DNA of 64,000 bases. Origin: Candidatus Parcubacteria bacterium (GTDB taxonomy: Bacteria; Patescibacteriota; Minisyncoccia; UBA6257; HR35). The stretch is from NCBI GenBank assembly GCA_025999335.1, contig AP024681.1, positions 322,565 through 386,564 on the forward strand. Reading direction: 5' to 3'. The position numbers and the translations under genes were made by a program. The notes under the pieces were generated by a model. The model saw only the letters and a program-made list of their open reading frames with translations. It did no database searches and was not told the DNA's origin. Positions 19,478-29,278 of this stretch are shown here, piece after piece (position 1 is the first letter of the stretch; every line of letters starts with the position of its first letter).

Positions 19478-20269
19478 ATGGAATTATTCTTTTTGTTTTT
19501 TTTGTCATTTTTTTTATCATCTATATGGTTTTGGTTAATTTTTGAAGAAGACAAACATCATGCTGATCCTATTTATTGGCTTTTATATGCTGTTTTTTTA
19601 GGAATTTTAGCTGCTTTTCTATCATTATTTGTTCTTAAATTTATTTTAGGAAACTTTTTGCAGATTAGTGCTTCGGACTTATCATCAATTAGCGATTTCA
19701 ATTTTTTTAATGATTTCCAAAGTTTAAAATTAGTTATAATTGTTTTATTAATCTCGGCTTTTGTTGAAGAATTTTTTAAATTTTTTACGATCTGGTTTTT
19801 GTTTAGTAGGTATAAAAATTTTGAAGAACCAGCCGATGCTATGATTTACTTAAGCGCTTCAGGTTTTGGCTTTGCTATAATTGAAACTTTTTTAAAATTA
19901 TTAGAAGCAATTTTTGATTCTTCGCTTTCGTCTTCTCAGTTAGTGGCTGCGCCTTTGATTAATATTTGGTCTTTAGGTTTGTTTATTGTTTTTCTTAGGT
20001 TTTTAGGAGCTAATTTGCTGCACGTTATTGCTTCGTCAATGATAGGTTATGGTTTTGCTGTTTATAGAATTACACGCAGATTTTATCCATTTTTTATAGC
20101 TTTTTTTAATGCTTCATTATTGCATTTTATTTTTAATTTTGTTATAATTATTGGAGGTAATATTTTATTCGCTTTGCCCTTATTATGGGCACCTTTATTC
20201 GTCGTTATTAGCAAAGTTAGACGTTTAGATTTTTTTTATGACAAACGATTACTCCAATCCACAAATTAA
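19478..20269 (+). CDS. PrsW-like intramembrane protease family protein
   Basis: 263 aa, multi-pass. The EEFFKF (EExxK) motif and a later His-containing helix (LLHFIFN) match PrsW-type proteases. Confidence 0.55.
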   Translation: MELFFLFFLSFFLSSIWFWLIFEEDKHHADPIYWLLYAVFLGILAAFLSLFVLKFILGNFLQISASDLSSISDFNFFNDFQSLKLVIIVLLISAFVEEFFKFFTIWFLFSRYKNFEEPADAMIYLSASGFGFAIIETFLKLLEAIFDSSLSSSQLVAAPLINIWSLGLFIVFLRFLGANLLHVIASSMIGYGFAVYRITRRFYPFFIAFFNASLLHFIFNFVIIIGGNILFALPLLWAPLFVVISKVRRLDFFYDKRLLQSTN

Positions 20270-20609
20270 ACAACAAGAAGGCACTTTAAGCGTCGATGTT
20301 TATTTTAAAGACGACGAGTTGGTAATTATTGCGCCTATTGCCGGAGCTATTATGGAAAACATAGATTTAGTTGTTCAAGGCGAGATTTTAGTTATTAAAG
20401 GTTCGCGTCTGCCTCCCGAACAAATTGATGAAAGTCAATATGAACATAAAGAATGCTTTTGGGGTTCATTTTCAAGAACAATTGCTTTACCTAAAAATTT
20501 AGATTTAAACCAGATAAAGGCTTATTATCATAATGGTATTTTAATGGTTAAGATTCCTAAAAAAGGCGATAGCGAAGTAAAAAGAATTCAAATTCAAGCT
20601 TCTGAATAG
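20238..20609 (+). CDS. Hsp20/alpha-crystallin small heat-shock protein
   Basis: 123 aa with an alpha-crystallin domain pattern (..GSFSRTIALP..I.A.Y.NGIL.V.IPK). It overlaps the upstream gene by 32 nt, and its stop codon shares one base with tRNA-Ile. Confidence 0.85.
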   Translation: MTNDYSNPQIKQQEGTLSVDVYFKDDELVIIAPIAGAIMENIDLVVQGEILVIKGSRLPPEQIDESQYEHKECFWGSFSRTIALPKNLDLNQIKAYYHNGILMVKIPKKGDSEVKRIQIQASE

Positions 20610-20681
20610 CGTCCATAGCTCAGCGGTTAGAGCACCGACCTTATAAGTCGGGGGTCCCTGGTTCAAATCCAGGTGGACGCA
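20609..20681 (+). tRNA. tRNA-Ile (anticodon TAT)
   Basis: Acceptor GCGTCCA/TGGACGC. Anticodon stem CCGAC/GTCGG with loop CTTATAA, so the anticodon is UAU. T-loop GGTTCAAATCC. Confidence 0.85.
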
Positions 20682-20685
20682 CTTA

Positions 20686-21156
20686 TTATAGATAAAATTG
20701 ACGATAAATAATATCAATAAAAGGTACTTTATCTTTTTCTTCTTCAAGGATTTCTTTTAGAAACTCTATAACTTCATCTTCGCCAATAAAAAAAGGTTCA
20801 ATGGGTATGTGAACACCTAAAGATAATTTTTTAGGGAACAAGAAAATGAATGTTCGATAATCATTCGAGAATTTTTCAAAAGCATAAAATTGATTCCAGT
20901 CATAAAATTTATCATTAATATGTAAGCCACGCCTAGAAAGCTTAATATCCATTAATTTTGGTTCGTAGAAATGTGGATGGAAGAAGAATATTATGGATAT
21001 TAAAGAAATAACCATTAACCAGAAATCAGTATTAATAATAGATAATATTAAAGTTGCTCCAAAAATAGCTCCCCATAATAAATGCCAAATTAAATCTCCA
21101 TAAGGATGATGGATATGATCAAAGGTTTGCCACCTTAATTCTTTTGTCTCGTTCAT
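20686..21156 (-). CDS. hypothetical membrane protein
   Basis: 156-aa ORF with ATG start, two central hydrophobic helices and a soluble C-terminal domain. No family recognised. Confidence 0.6.
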   Translation of the reverse strand: MNETKELRWQTFDHIHHPYGDLIWHLLWGAIFGATLILSIINTDFWLMVISLISIIFFFHPHFYEPKLMDIKLSRRGLHINDKFYDWNQFYAFEKFSNDYRTFIFLFPKKLSLGVHIPIEPFFIGEDEVIEFLKEILEEEKDKVPFIDIIYRQFYL

Positions 21157-21212
21157 TGGCGATTATTTTTAAAGATTTGATATAGTATAATATATAATTA
21201 TATTATAAATCT

Positions 21213-23708
21213 ATGAAAAAGTATAATTTTAAGAAAATAGAAAAAAAGTGGCTATCTCTTTGGATCAAAAAACGCTTATGGAAAGTTAAGGATTCTTTAC
21301 ATCATAAAAAGAAAAAGTATATTTTAGATATGTTTCCCTATCCTTCGGGTGAAGGTTTGCATGTTGGCCATGTTGAGGGTTATACGGCTACAGATATTTT
21401 AACCAGATTTTACAGGATGAATGGTTATAATGTTTTGCATCCTATAGGATTTGATGCTTTTGGTCTGCCAGCTGAAAACTATGCCTTAAAAAAGAAAAAA
21501 AATCCCTCTTCGTTTGTGCCTAAAAATATTGCTCGTTATCGAAAACAATTATTATCTTTGGGTTTTAGTTATGATTGGGACAGAGAAATAAGCACCACCG
21601 ATCCTGAATATTACAAGTGGACACAATGGATGTTTTTACAAATGTATAAACATGGATTGGTTTATGAAAAAGAAGCGCCTATTAATTTTTGTCCTAACTG
21701 TAAAACAGGTTTAGCCGACGAAGAATCTATTGGAGGCAAATGTGAAAGATGTGAAACGCCAATAGAGGTAAGATTTTTAAAACAATGGCATATAAAAATT
21801 ACAGCTTATGCTGAACGTTTGTTAGAAGATTTAGAAGAACTTGATTGGCCCGAACATATAAAGGAAATGCAGAAAAATTGGATTGGTAAAAGCGAAGGCT
21901 ATGAAGTAAAATTTGCTTTAACTGACTATCCAGAGCCATTGAAAATTTTTACTACACGTTTAGATACAATTTTTGGAGCAACTTTTATTGTGCTATCTGT
22001 ATCTCATCCATTAATTTTTAAAATAACTAAACCTGATTATATGATGTTTATGGAAGATTATGTGCGCAATGAACTCAAAAAAGAAAAATTAGGCATTATT
22101 GACAAAGAAATTAGCGGTATTTTTACTGGTAGTTACGCGATTAATCCTATGAATGGTTTTAAAATCCCGATTTGGGTAAGTAATTATGTGCTTAGTGGTT
22201 ATGGAACAGGAGCGATTATGGGCGTACCAGCTCACGATGAACGCGATTGGAATTTTGCGAAAAAGTTTAATTTAGATATTATAAAAGTCATCAAACATTC
22301 TCTTGATGAAGAAACTAATGCCGACTTTACTTCAGTTCAGTGTTTTACTGAAGACGGCATTTTAATTAATTCTGATAAATATTCGGGATTAACTAGTAGC
22401 GAAGCGCGAGAACAAATAGGGGCTTATCTTATAAGCTTGGGCTTAGCTGAGAAGAAAATTTATTATAAATTAAGAGACTGGATTTTTTCGCGACAAAGAT
22501 ATTGGGGCGAACCCATTCCTCTTATTAGATGCAATAAATGTGGCATTGTTCCTGTGCCTGAAAAAGACTTACCTGTTGTTTTACCTAAAGTGAAAAGTTA
22601 TCAACCTACAGGCACAGGCGAATCACCTTTAAAAAATATTCATCATTGGGTTAGAGTAAAATGTCCATCGTGTCGTTCTATAGCTGAACGCGAAACTCAA
22701 ACAATGCCTCAATGGGCTGGTTCTTGTTGGTATTTTTTAGCTTATATATTAAAGAAAAAACAATCATCCAAAAAGTATAAAATAAGCTTTGATTTAAAAA
22801 AACTTAAATATTGGATGCCGGTTGATATTTATGTTGGCGGCGTCGAGCATGCTGTTTTACATTTACTATATGCTCGTTTTTGGAATAAATTTCTTTATGA
22901 CTTAAATTTAGTTCCCTGTAAAGAACCTTTTTTAAAACTGTTTAATCAAGGAATAATTTTGGGTCCTGATGGGCGTAAAATGTCTAAATCAAAAGGCAAT
23001 GTTATTAATCCTGATGATATTATAAAGCATTACGGCGCTGATACTTTACGAATGTTCGAAATGTTTTTAGGACCGTTAGAAGTTGAAAAACCTTGGTCTT
23101 CTGAAGGTATTAAAGGCATTGAAAGATTTTTGCAACGCGTTTGGAAGCTTTCCCTTTGGTTAGACAAAGTTTATAAAACAAAAAGAACTAAATTGCTTAA
23201 AAATAAAGCAAAAGAACAAGAATTATTGATTGCTTTGCATAAGCTTATTTATGAAGTAACCCAATCAATTACAAGTTTTAGATTTAATATTGCCATAGCA
23301 AAAATGATGATTTTCGAAGAAACATTAAGAAGAAATTTAGAAAATAATGTTTATATTGCCAAAGATATATTTTTAACTTTTATTAAACTACTATTTCCTT
23401 TTGCGCCTTTTATTTCTCAAGAGATTTGGCATTTATTAGGCAAAAAGAATTTTTTAGATAAAGAGAAATGGCCTCAATTCAATCCTAAATTATTAAGTAG
23501 CCAGTTGACAACCTATATTATTCAGGTTAACGGCAAAAAACGAGGTGTTTTAGAAGTTAAGGCAGACAATTTATCTGTTAATGAAGCAAAAAAATTAGTT
23601 CAATCTTTGCCTTTGTATAAAAAATATTTAGAAAACAAAACAATTAAACAAATTATCTTTGTTAAAGGTAAAGTTATTAATTTTGTTTTAGCCGATGCTA
23701 AAAGCTAA
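21213..23708 (+). CDS. leuS: leucyl-tRNA synthetase
   Basis: 831 aa. Carries PYPSGEGLHVGH (HIGH), GRKMSKSKGN (KMSKS) and an editing-domain insertion. Confidence 0.95.
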   Translation: MKKYNFKKIEKKWLSLWIKKRLWKVKDSLHHKKKKYILDMFPYPSGEGLHVGHVEGYTATDILTRFYRMNGYNVLHPIGFDAFGLPAENYALKKKKNPSSFVPKNIARYRKQLLSLGFSYDWDREISTTDPEYYKWTQWMFLQMYKHGLVYEKEAPINFCPNCKTGLADEESIGGKCERCETPIEVRFLKQWHIKITAYAERLLEDLEELDWPEHIKEMQKNWIGKSEGYEVKFALTDYPEPLKIFTTRLDTIFGATFIVLSVSHPLIFKITKPDYMMFMEDYVRNELKKEKLGIIDKEISGIFTGSYAINPMNGFKIPIWVSNYVLSGYGTGAIMGVPAHDERDWNFAKKFNLDIIKVIKHSLDEETNADFTSVQCFTEDGILINSDKYSGLTSSEAREQIGAYLISLGLAEKKIYYKLRDWIFSRQRYWGEPIPLIRCNKCGIVPVPEKDLPVVLPKVKSYQPTGTGESPLKNIHHWVRVKCPSCRSIAERETQTMPQWAGSCWYFLAYILKKKQSSKKYKISFDLKKLKYWMPVDIYVGGVEHAVLHLLYARFWNKFLYDLNLVPCKEPFLKLFNQGIILGPDGRKMSKSKGNVINPDDIIKHYGADTLRMFEMFLGPLEVEKPWSSEGIKGIERFLQRVWKLSLWLDKVYKTKRTKLLKNKAKEQELLIALHKLIYEVTQSITSFRFNIAIAKMMIFEETLRRNLENNVYIAKDIFLTFIKLLFPFAPFISQEIWHLLGKKNFLDKEKWPQFNPKLLSSQLTTYIIQVNGKKRGVLEVKADNLSVNEAKKLVQSLPLYKKYLENKTIKQIIFVKGKVINFVLADAKS

Positions 23709-24060
23709 AACAAACTTGCGGCTTAAGGGGAAGATAGCTGAAGATTTAGCCGCACAATTTATTCAAAGTAAAAATTTTAAAATTAGAGAACGGAATTGGG
23801 TTTTACCTAATGTTGGCGAGATTGATATTATTGCTGAAAAAAATGGTATTCTTAATTTTATCGAGGTTAAAGCGTTATGGAAGAGTAAATATTTTCAGCC
23901 TGAGTATCATTTTAATAAGAAAAAAATCTTTAAACTTACAAAATTAGCTTCGTTTTATGCAAATCGTTATAATTTTGATCACTGGTTCTTGTCTTTAATA
24001 GCAATTAATTTTGATAATTACAAAATTCAAATTAAATACTACCCCCGCTTAATTTTATAA
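23695..24060 (+). CDS. yraN: YraN (UPF0102) family endonuclease-like protein
   Basis: 121 aa. Carries G...E..A...L...G..I..RNW....GEIDIIA.....L.FIEVKA, the YraN pattern. Confidence 0.75.
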   Translation: MLKAKTNLRLKGKIAEDLAAQFIQSKNFKIRERNWVLPNVGEIDIIAEKNGILNFIEVKALWKSKYFQPEYHFNKKKIFKLTKLASFYANRYNFDHWFLSLIAINFDNYKIQIKYYPRLIL

Positions 24061-24399
24061 ATGTTTTTTGAGCGCAGAAAAAAAAGAAAATTATGGCAAA
24101 TAATAAGTTTATTTCTATTTATTTTTATTATTGTTATATTGTATAATATTTACTTAGAAAGAAGTAAAAATATGTTGTATTATAAAGAAATCAATAATTT
24201 TAAAAAAAACTTAACTTCCGCTCAATTGGAAAATTTAACTTTGATGAATAGAGTTAATTATTTAAAGCATCCTTTAAATATAGAAAAAGAAAGAAAAGAC
24301 AAAATGGGAGAAAAGTTGCCTAATGAAAAAGTTATTGTCGTTTCTAAAGAATTACTAGACAACACAGTAATTCCTATTTTTGGCAAAGAATATAAATAA
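24061..24399 (+). CDS. septum formation initiator (FtsB/DivIC-like) protein
   Basis: 112 aa with an N-terminal TM helix, a coiled-coil segment and a C-terminal ..IEKERKDKMGEKLPNEKVIVV motif resembling FtsB/DivIC. Confidence 0.5.
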   Translation: MFFERRKKRKLWQIISLFLFIFIIVILYNIYLERSKNMLYYKEINNFKKNLTSAQLENLTLMNRVNYLKHPLNIEKERKDKMGEKLPNEKVIVVSKELLDNTVIPIFGKEYK

Positions 24400-24463
24400 A
24401 ACATTAAAGCTTTTGTTTAGTTTGATGTTGTTATTGATTGACAAATTCTTGTTTTCTATTTAA

Positions 24464-24535
24464 GGACGGTTAGCTCAGTGGTAGAGCACTTCGTTTACAC
24501 CGAAGAGGCCGCTGGTTCGATCCCAGCACCGTCCA
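24464..24535 (+). tRNA. tRNA-Val (anticodon TAC)
   Basis: Acceptor GGACGGT/ACCGTCC, anticodon loop TTTACAC, T-loop GGTTCGATCCC. Confidence 0.9.
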
Positions 24536-24632
24536 CATCGTGTTTTTGTTAAATTTTTGTTAAAAATTTAATCAAAAATAAATTAATAAAGCATATGAAA
24601 AATATTTTTTAAAATATGATATAATAAAAATA

Positions 24633-25403
24633 ATGGAAATTTTAATAGCTTTATCTATTATTGTACTTATTATAATTATTAGAGGTTTAAGAATTGTTAA
24701 TCAATACGAACGAGGAGTAGTCTTAACTTTAGGAAAATATTCTAGCACTCGTCAGCCGGGTTTAACTTGGGTTTTTCCTCTGATTCAGCAAATGATTAAG
24801 GTTGATTTAAGAGTCAATACTGTTGATATTCCTCAACAAGAAGTTATCACTAAAGATAATGTTACGGTTGGCATTAATGCAGCGGTTTATTTCCGCGTTG
24901 ATAACCCTGAGAGAGCTGTTTTAGATGTTGAAAATTATCGTCACGCTGTGGCTATTTACGCTCAGGCAGCCTTAAGAGATGTAATTGGTGGTATTGAATT
25001 AGATGTCTTGCTTTCTGAAAGAGATAAAATTGCTGAAGAAATAAAGAAAGTTGTTGACGTAACAACTTCTTCTTGGGGTGTTGATGTTTCTATAATCAAG
25101 ATTCAAGACATCGAGCTTCCTGCTGATATGAAAAGAGTTATGGCTAAACAGGCTGAAGCTGAGAGAGAAAAAAGAGCAATTATTATTAGAGCCGAAGGAG
25201 AATATATTGCTTCTCAAAAATTAGCAGAAGCTGCTCAAGTTCTTAGTTCTGTGCCTGGAGCAATTTCGATGAGAACTTTACAAACGATTGAAAAAATTAA
25301 TCCCGATCCTTCAAAAACAGTAATTTTTATGTTGCCTGTTGAGTTTATGGAAGGAATTAAATCTCTAGCTCAGTTTTTAAAAGATAAACAAGGGAATGAA
25401 TGA
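24633..25403 (+). CDS. SPFH/band-7 (stomatin/prohibitin-like) membrane protein
   Basis: 256 aa with an N-terminal TM helix. Carries RIVNQYERGVVLTLGKY.., ..ITKDNV.V and a Glu/Ala-rich coiled coil (QAEAEREKRA). Confidence 0.85.
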   Translation: MEILIALSIIVLIIIIRGLRIVNQYERGVVLTLGKYSSTRQPGLTWVFPLIQQMIKVDLRVNTVDIPQQEVITKDNVTVGINAAVYFRVDNPERAVLDVENYRHAVAIYAQAALRDVIGGIELDVLLSERDKIAEEIKKVVDVTTSSWGVDVSIIKIQDIELPADMKRVMAKQAEAEREKRAIIIRAEGEYIASQKLAEAAQVLSSVPGAISMRTLQTIEKINPDPSKTVIFMLPVEFMEGIKSLAQFLKDKQGNE

Positions 25404-25860
25404 TGGAATTTTAGATTATTTAATAACATTAGGCAATAAAGAAATTTTAGATTATTTAATAAATTTAGGCTTAATATTATTGTTTTCGATTGCATTCATA
25501 CTAAATATTACTAGAAAAAAACTTCTGGCTAAAAAGAAAGCTGAACTAAAAAGTTTTTATAAAGATAAAGTATTTTTTTTATGTGAAGGAATTTATTATT
25601 TAAAAGATAATTTTATTCAGTTTTCAGGAGAAGCTTTTGGGTCTTCAATACGTCCTAGTATGAAGTTGTACAATCCAAGTATTGGCGAATATGTTATAAA
25701 AGAAGTTTACGCAGACGAAGAAAATCCTGATAAATCCAGTCCAGAAATTCCTGATGGTACAACCGATGCAGCGATTGTGATTCAAACAGACAATTTTAAT
25801 CGCCAAGCTTTTGAGGAAATTTTAGCAAAAGATAAAATTGTAGTTTTCGAAGTTCGCTAA
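25396..25860 (+). CDS. hypothetical membrane protein co-transcribed with the SPFH gene
   Basis: 154 aa. Overlaps the SPFH stop by 8 nt and has one TM helix. It sits where NfeD-type partners usually lie, but I do not recognise an NfeD motif. Confidence 0.55.
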   Translation: MNDGILDYLITLGNKEILDYLINLGLILLFSIAFILNITRKKLLAKKKAELKSFYKDKVFFLCEGIYYLKDNFIQFSGEAFGSSIRPSMKLYNPSIGEYVIKEVYADEENPDKSSPEIPDGTTDAAIVIQTDNFNRQAFEEILAKDKIVVFEVR

Positions 25861-25864
25861 GCTA

Positions 25865-26686
25865 TTATGTTACTTCTTTAAGAAATTCTTCTGCTAATTT
25901 CGGAATATCGTTGTTACTTTGATAGAAATATTTCCAAACAATAACAATGTCAGCATCATTAAATATTGCTCTTTGAACTTCCTTTAAAGTATCGCCACCG
26001 GCAATAGAAATTAAAACATCATAGTTACTTTTAATTCTTCTAATTTCATATAAAGGAATTTGCTTTTCTTTATTAAATTTTTCTTCATCAACACCGCGAT
26101 GAAGAATGATAACGCGAGGGAGTTTTTTTAATTTTCTTAAAACATTAAGAGGAAACTCAACATTCATCATATCAACCATAGAATCTATGCCTAAATCTTC
26201 GCATTTCTGAATAAAAGCATTAAGAGATTCAATTGGTGCGCAACCAAGAGCAATCACTGCATCAGCTCCAGCTTCGGCAGCAATTTCAACTTCAGTTTCA
26301 CCTCTGTCCATCATTTTTAAATCTGCTACCACATAAGGAATTATTTCTAAATTTAAAAATGATTTTTCTATTGTTTTTATTTGAAAATCACTTTGTTTAA
26401 GAATTTCTAAAATTGATGATAGTGATAAATTGAATGTTTTAGAAATTTTTTTAGAAAATATACTTGATTTTAAAGTTTGATTGACGAGATGCTGTTGATA
26501 CCATTCTTTAATCCGTTTTATTCCTTTTACCCCGTAACGTTTAATTAAGGGCGTTCCGGCTTCAATTAAAATTCTATCGCTTAGAGGTAATTGAAAAATA
26601 ATTTTTTGGGCTTCTTGAAGAGTGCTATTCAAGGCAATTTGAAGATAACGTTTTTTAGAATCAAGTTTTGAATATTTTCCTTGCAT
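25865..26686 (-). CDS. OMP-decarboxylase-suprafamily protein, 3-hexulose-6-phosphate synthase/KGPDC-like
   Basis: 273 aa. LQIALN.., LIEAGTPLIK, ADLKMMDRGE (DxKxxD) and ISIAGG align by eye to HPS/KGPDC motifs, with an insertion of about 50 aa after the first strand-helix unit. Confidence 0.55.
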   Translation of the reverse strand: MQGKYSKLDSKKRYLQIALNSTLQEAQKIIFQLPLSDRILIEAGTPLIKRYGVKGIKRIKEWYQQHLVNQTLKSSIFSKKISKTFNLSLSSILEILKQSDFQIKTIEKSFLNLEIIPYVVADLKMMDRGETEVEIAAEAGADAVIALGCAPIESLNAFIQKCEDLGIDSMVDMMNVEFPLNVLRKLKKLPRVIILHRGVDEEKFNKEKQIPLYEIRRIKSNYDVLISIAGGDTLKEVQRAIFNDADIVIVWKYFYQSNNDIPKLAEEFLKEVT

Positions 26687-26742
26687 TTGTATAATTTATT
26701 ATAACATTTTTATAATTTATTTTTTAATACTAAAAAGTATTA

Positions 26743-27909
26743 TTAGTTATTTTCTGTAAATTGCTTTGGTGAATTTTTATTTTTAGCAATAAATTCGCTC
26801 CATATTTCTAAAGGTGTTTCTTTAGCTTGTCGGGGATCTTTATAAAAAGCGCGATGTCTTTCATAAATTTTTTTTAAGTCATCAATGGTTAAAGCATTAA
26901 TAATTCGTCTGATATGGGGAGTAATATGGAAATAAGTTTTATACATTAAAGTATCAAAAGCTCTTGTTTTCAAAAACTCAAACTTAAACATTGTTGCTAG
27001 CAAGGTTTTTGCTAATAATTCCTGACTTACTTTTTTGCCAAATCTATATCTTCTTATTATCTCATGTTCAAAATCATGAACTACAGGAAACGCTTCAAAC
27101 TCAGCTTTAGTTTTAAAGCCAGCTTTATTTAAGTTATGCCAGATCCAAGTATGACTAGCTCCTAAAACTATTAAAATATTTATTGGTTTTTTGTTTTTAG
27201 CTTTTATTTGAAGAGAAGGATTATTTTCAATTAACTCTCTAATTACTCGAGGAAGATTTTTAAGCATAAATTCGTCTCTTTTTTGAAGACACGTTATTGC
27301 AAAATCTTTTAATATTTTGTTGTATTTTTCTAAAGCTTGTTCAAATGAATAGTTTTTTTTGATTAAAGAGTATCGAAATTTATAAAGACTCGTTATAGCT
27401 TTTTCAGTTAAGGTATACAAATTTGAATCGCGAGGTACGTCAATTAAACCAATTATTTTATTTTTTCCTAATAATCTTTTGGCGATTTGCAGTAACCAAA
27501 ATTTGCCGTTAATTTCTGGTTTTATGTTGTTTACAAGTTTTTCTAATGATTCTTTGTTTAACTTTTCATTAGGTTTAAAGTTATCTTCAATTGTTAAATT
27601 ATTATCTTTAAAAAATTGGAAATCTTCTTTAGTTAAATAACCCCGGGAGCTTATTTCTAAAAGACGCAAATGTGTTTTTTCCCAGCTAGTAAATTCAGGA
27701 AGGTAAATATCTACTTTATTTAAAAGTTTGGTGATTCTTGTTTCTGAAATTTGAGAATCATGAGATTCAAAAAAGAACATAAAATTTAAATTATAACCTC
27801 TATTTTTAAAATCTTCAGCAATTTCTTTAAGTTTTTGTTGCCAAACATCTATTTCTGATTTTTTTAAATTTTCTTTTGTTTTTTGTTTCTTTAAAGAAGG
27901 TTGTTCCAT
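26743..27909 (-). CDS. hypothetical protein, tandem paralog B of 27920-29278
   Basis: 388 aa. Shares KGYNL.F...FE.H, DIY.PE..W, a RDEFML/RENYML region and a LGA.HT...H.L...G..TK block with the upstream ORF. Confidence 0.65.
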   Translation of the reverse strand: MEQPSLKKQKTKENLKKSEIDVWQQKLKEIAEDFKNRGYNLNFMFFFESHDSQISETRITKLLNKVDIYLPEFTSWEKTHLRLLEISSRGYLTKEDFQFFKDNNLTIEDNFKPNEKLNKESLEKLVNNIKPEINGKFWLLQIAKRLLGKNKIIGLIDVPRDSNLYTLTEKAITSLYKFRYSLIKKNYSFEQALEKYNKILKDFAITCLQKRDEFMLKNLPRVIRELIENNPSLQIKAKNKKPINILIVLGASHTWIWHNLNKAGFKTKAEFEAFPVVHDFEHEIIRRYRFGKKVSQELLAKTLLATMFKFEFLKTRAFDTLMYKTYFHITPHIRRIINALTIDDLKKIYERHRAFYKDPRQAKETPLEIWSEFIAKNKNSPKQFTENN

Positions 27910-27919
27910 TGAAGATATT

Positions 27920-29278
27920 TTATATTGGATGATTTATGTTTATGTATTTTGACCAAATATCTAAAGCTGTTATTTTGCCTTCTCTAATTTTTTTTAATTC
28001 TTCAAATATGTGGCGAACATCGTTTAAAGTGAGTTGGCTAATTATGGTTCTTAAATAAGAAGAAAGATTTGTTATGTAAGAAAGAGATGATAGTCTATAA
28101 AATTCATACGTAAAATACGCTTCAGCCAAACTTTTTGCTGCCAGTTCTTGTATTTTTTCACGATATTTGCTTTTTTCTGATTCGTTTAATTTACTATAAA
28201 CAAAAACATATTTTCGCAAAATTTCAGGATACAGAGAATACACAAATGGCATTTTTGTGAATTTTCTTTTCGTCGGTATGCCTGTTTCTTCTAATTTATG
28301 AAAGATTCTTGTATGGACTGCGCCTAAATTTAACAAGATTTTAATACCTTCTTTGCTCAGAGCTTTTTGCTGTAATTCAGGATGTTCGTTAAGTAAATTA
28401 TCTATAGTTTTTGGAAGTTGTTCAAGCATATAATTTTCTCTTTCTTGCATAAGCTCAGAATATTTTTCAATAGAATTGATTATATTTTCTAATAATTGAT
28501 CGAAATTTTCATCAGGCATTGGTGGGTAATTATCTGGATTAAGAGAATGAAGAGGGGAAGCCTCTAAGACCTCAGATATCTTTTTTTCCAAAGGATGATC
28601 AAGAGGAAGATCTACTATAACAATTGGTTTTTTTGTTCCTTTTATGATTTTAAAACTTTGCAACCCATATTCTAAATAACCAAAAAATTCAGATATATTT
28701 TCTATGTCTTTTTCGTTTAACTCTTTACCTATTTTTAAAATTTTACTTATTTCTTCTTTTAAATTTAAAAATTCAATTACTTGCTTGCCTTTTACTTTGT
28801 TGACAAAAAGTTCAAGAAAAGAAATTTTTGACAAGACAAGATCATCTAGGATCTCAGGTTCTTGAAAATAGGATTCTATAAGAATATCGATTATATCTTC
28901 AGGGGTTGCTTTTACTTTAATTAGAAGAGCGGAAACAGCGTTTGAAGATAATAATTTAGCAAGAGGTTCTTTCTTAAACAAATCTAAAATTTTTTCTAAG
29001 TCATTTTTTTCAAATTTACCTCGGGAGATGCCATTCATTACAATTAAGTCTATTTTTCTCCATCTTATTGATTCAGGAATATAAATATCTGCTGCTGGCA
29101 GTAATTCTTTTAAGGCGCGATAAGTAGCTGGGTCGTAATGTTCTTCAAATAAAATATTAAATTGCAGATTATACCCCTTTTTTTCGAAAAATTCACGCAG
29201 TTTGTTTAATTTCACTAATTTTTTTGTTGGTTTATTGTCTTTTTGTTTTTCACGATGGAAATATTTTGGTATGGTCAT
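27920..29278 (-). CDS. hypothetical protein, tandem paralog A
   Basis: 452 aa with the same motif set as 26743-27909 plus an extra central segment. No TM helix and no signal peptide. Confidence 0.65.
   Translation of the reverse strand: MTIPKYFHREKQKDNKPTKKLVKLNKLREFFEKKGYNLQFNILFEEHYDPATYRALKELLPAADIYIPESIRWRKIDLIVMNGISRGKFEKNDLEKILDLFKKEPLAKLLSSNAVSALLIKVKATPEDIIDILIESYFQEPEILDDLVLSKISFLELFVNKVKGKQVIEFLNLKEEISKILKIGKELNEKDIENISEFFGYLEYGLQSFKIIKGTKKPIVIVDLPLDHPLEKKISEVLEASPLHSLNPDNYPPMPDENFDQLLENIINSIEKYSELMQERENYMLEQLPKTIDNLLNEHPELQQKALSKEGIKILLNLGAVHTRIFHKLEETGIPTKRKFTKMPFVYSLYPEILRKYVFVYSKLNESEKSKYREKIQELAAKSLAEAYFTYEFYRLSSLSYITNLSSYLRTIISQLTLNDVRHIFEELKKIREGKITALDIWSKYININHPI

Noticed and set aside
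20541-20747. 68-aa minus-strand ORF
   Set aside because: It covers tRNA-Ile(UAU) in antisense and overlaps two well-supported genes.
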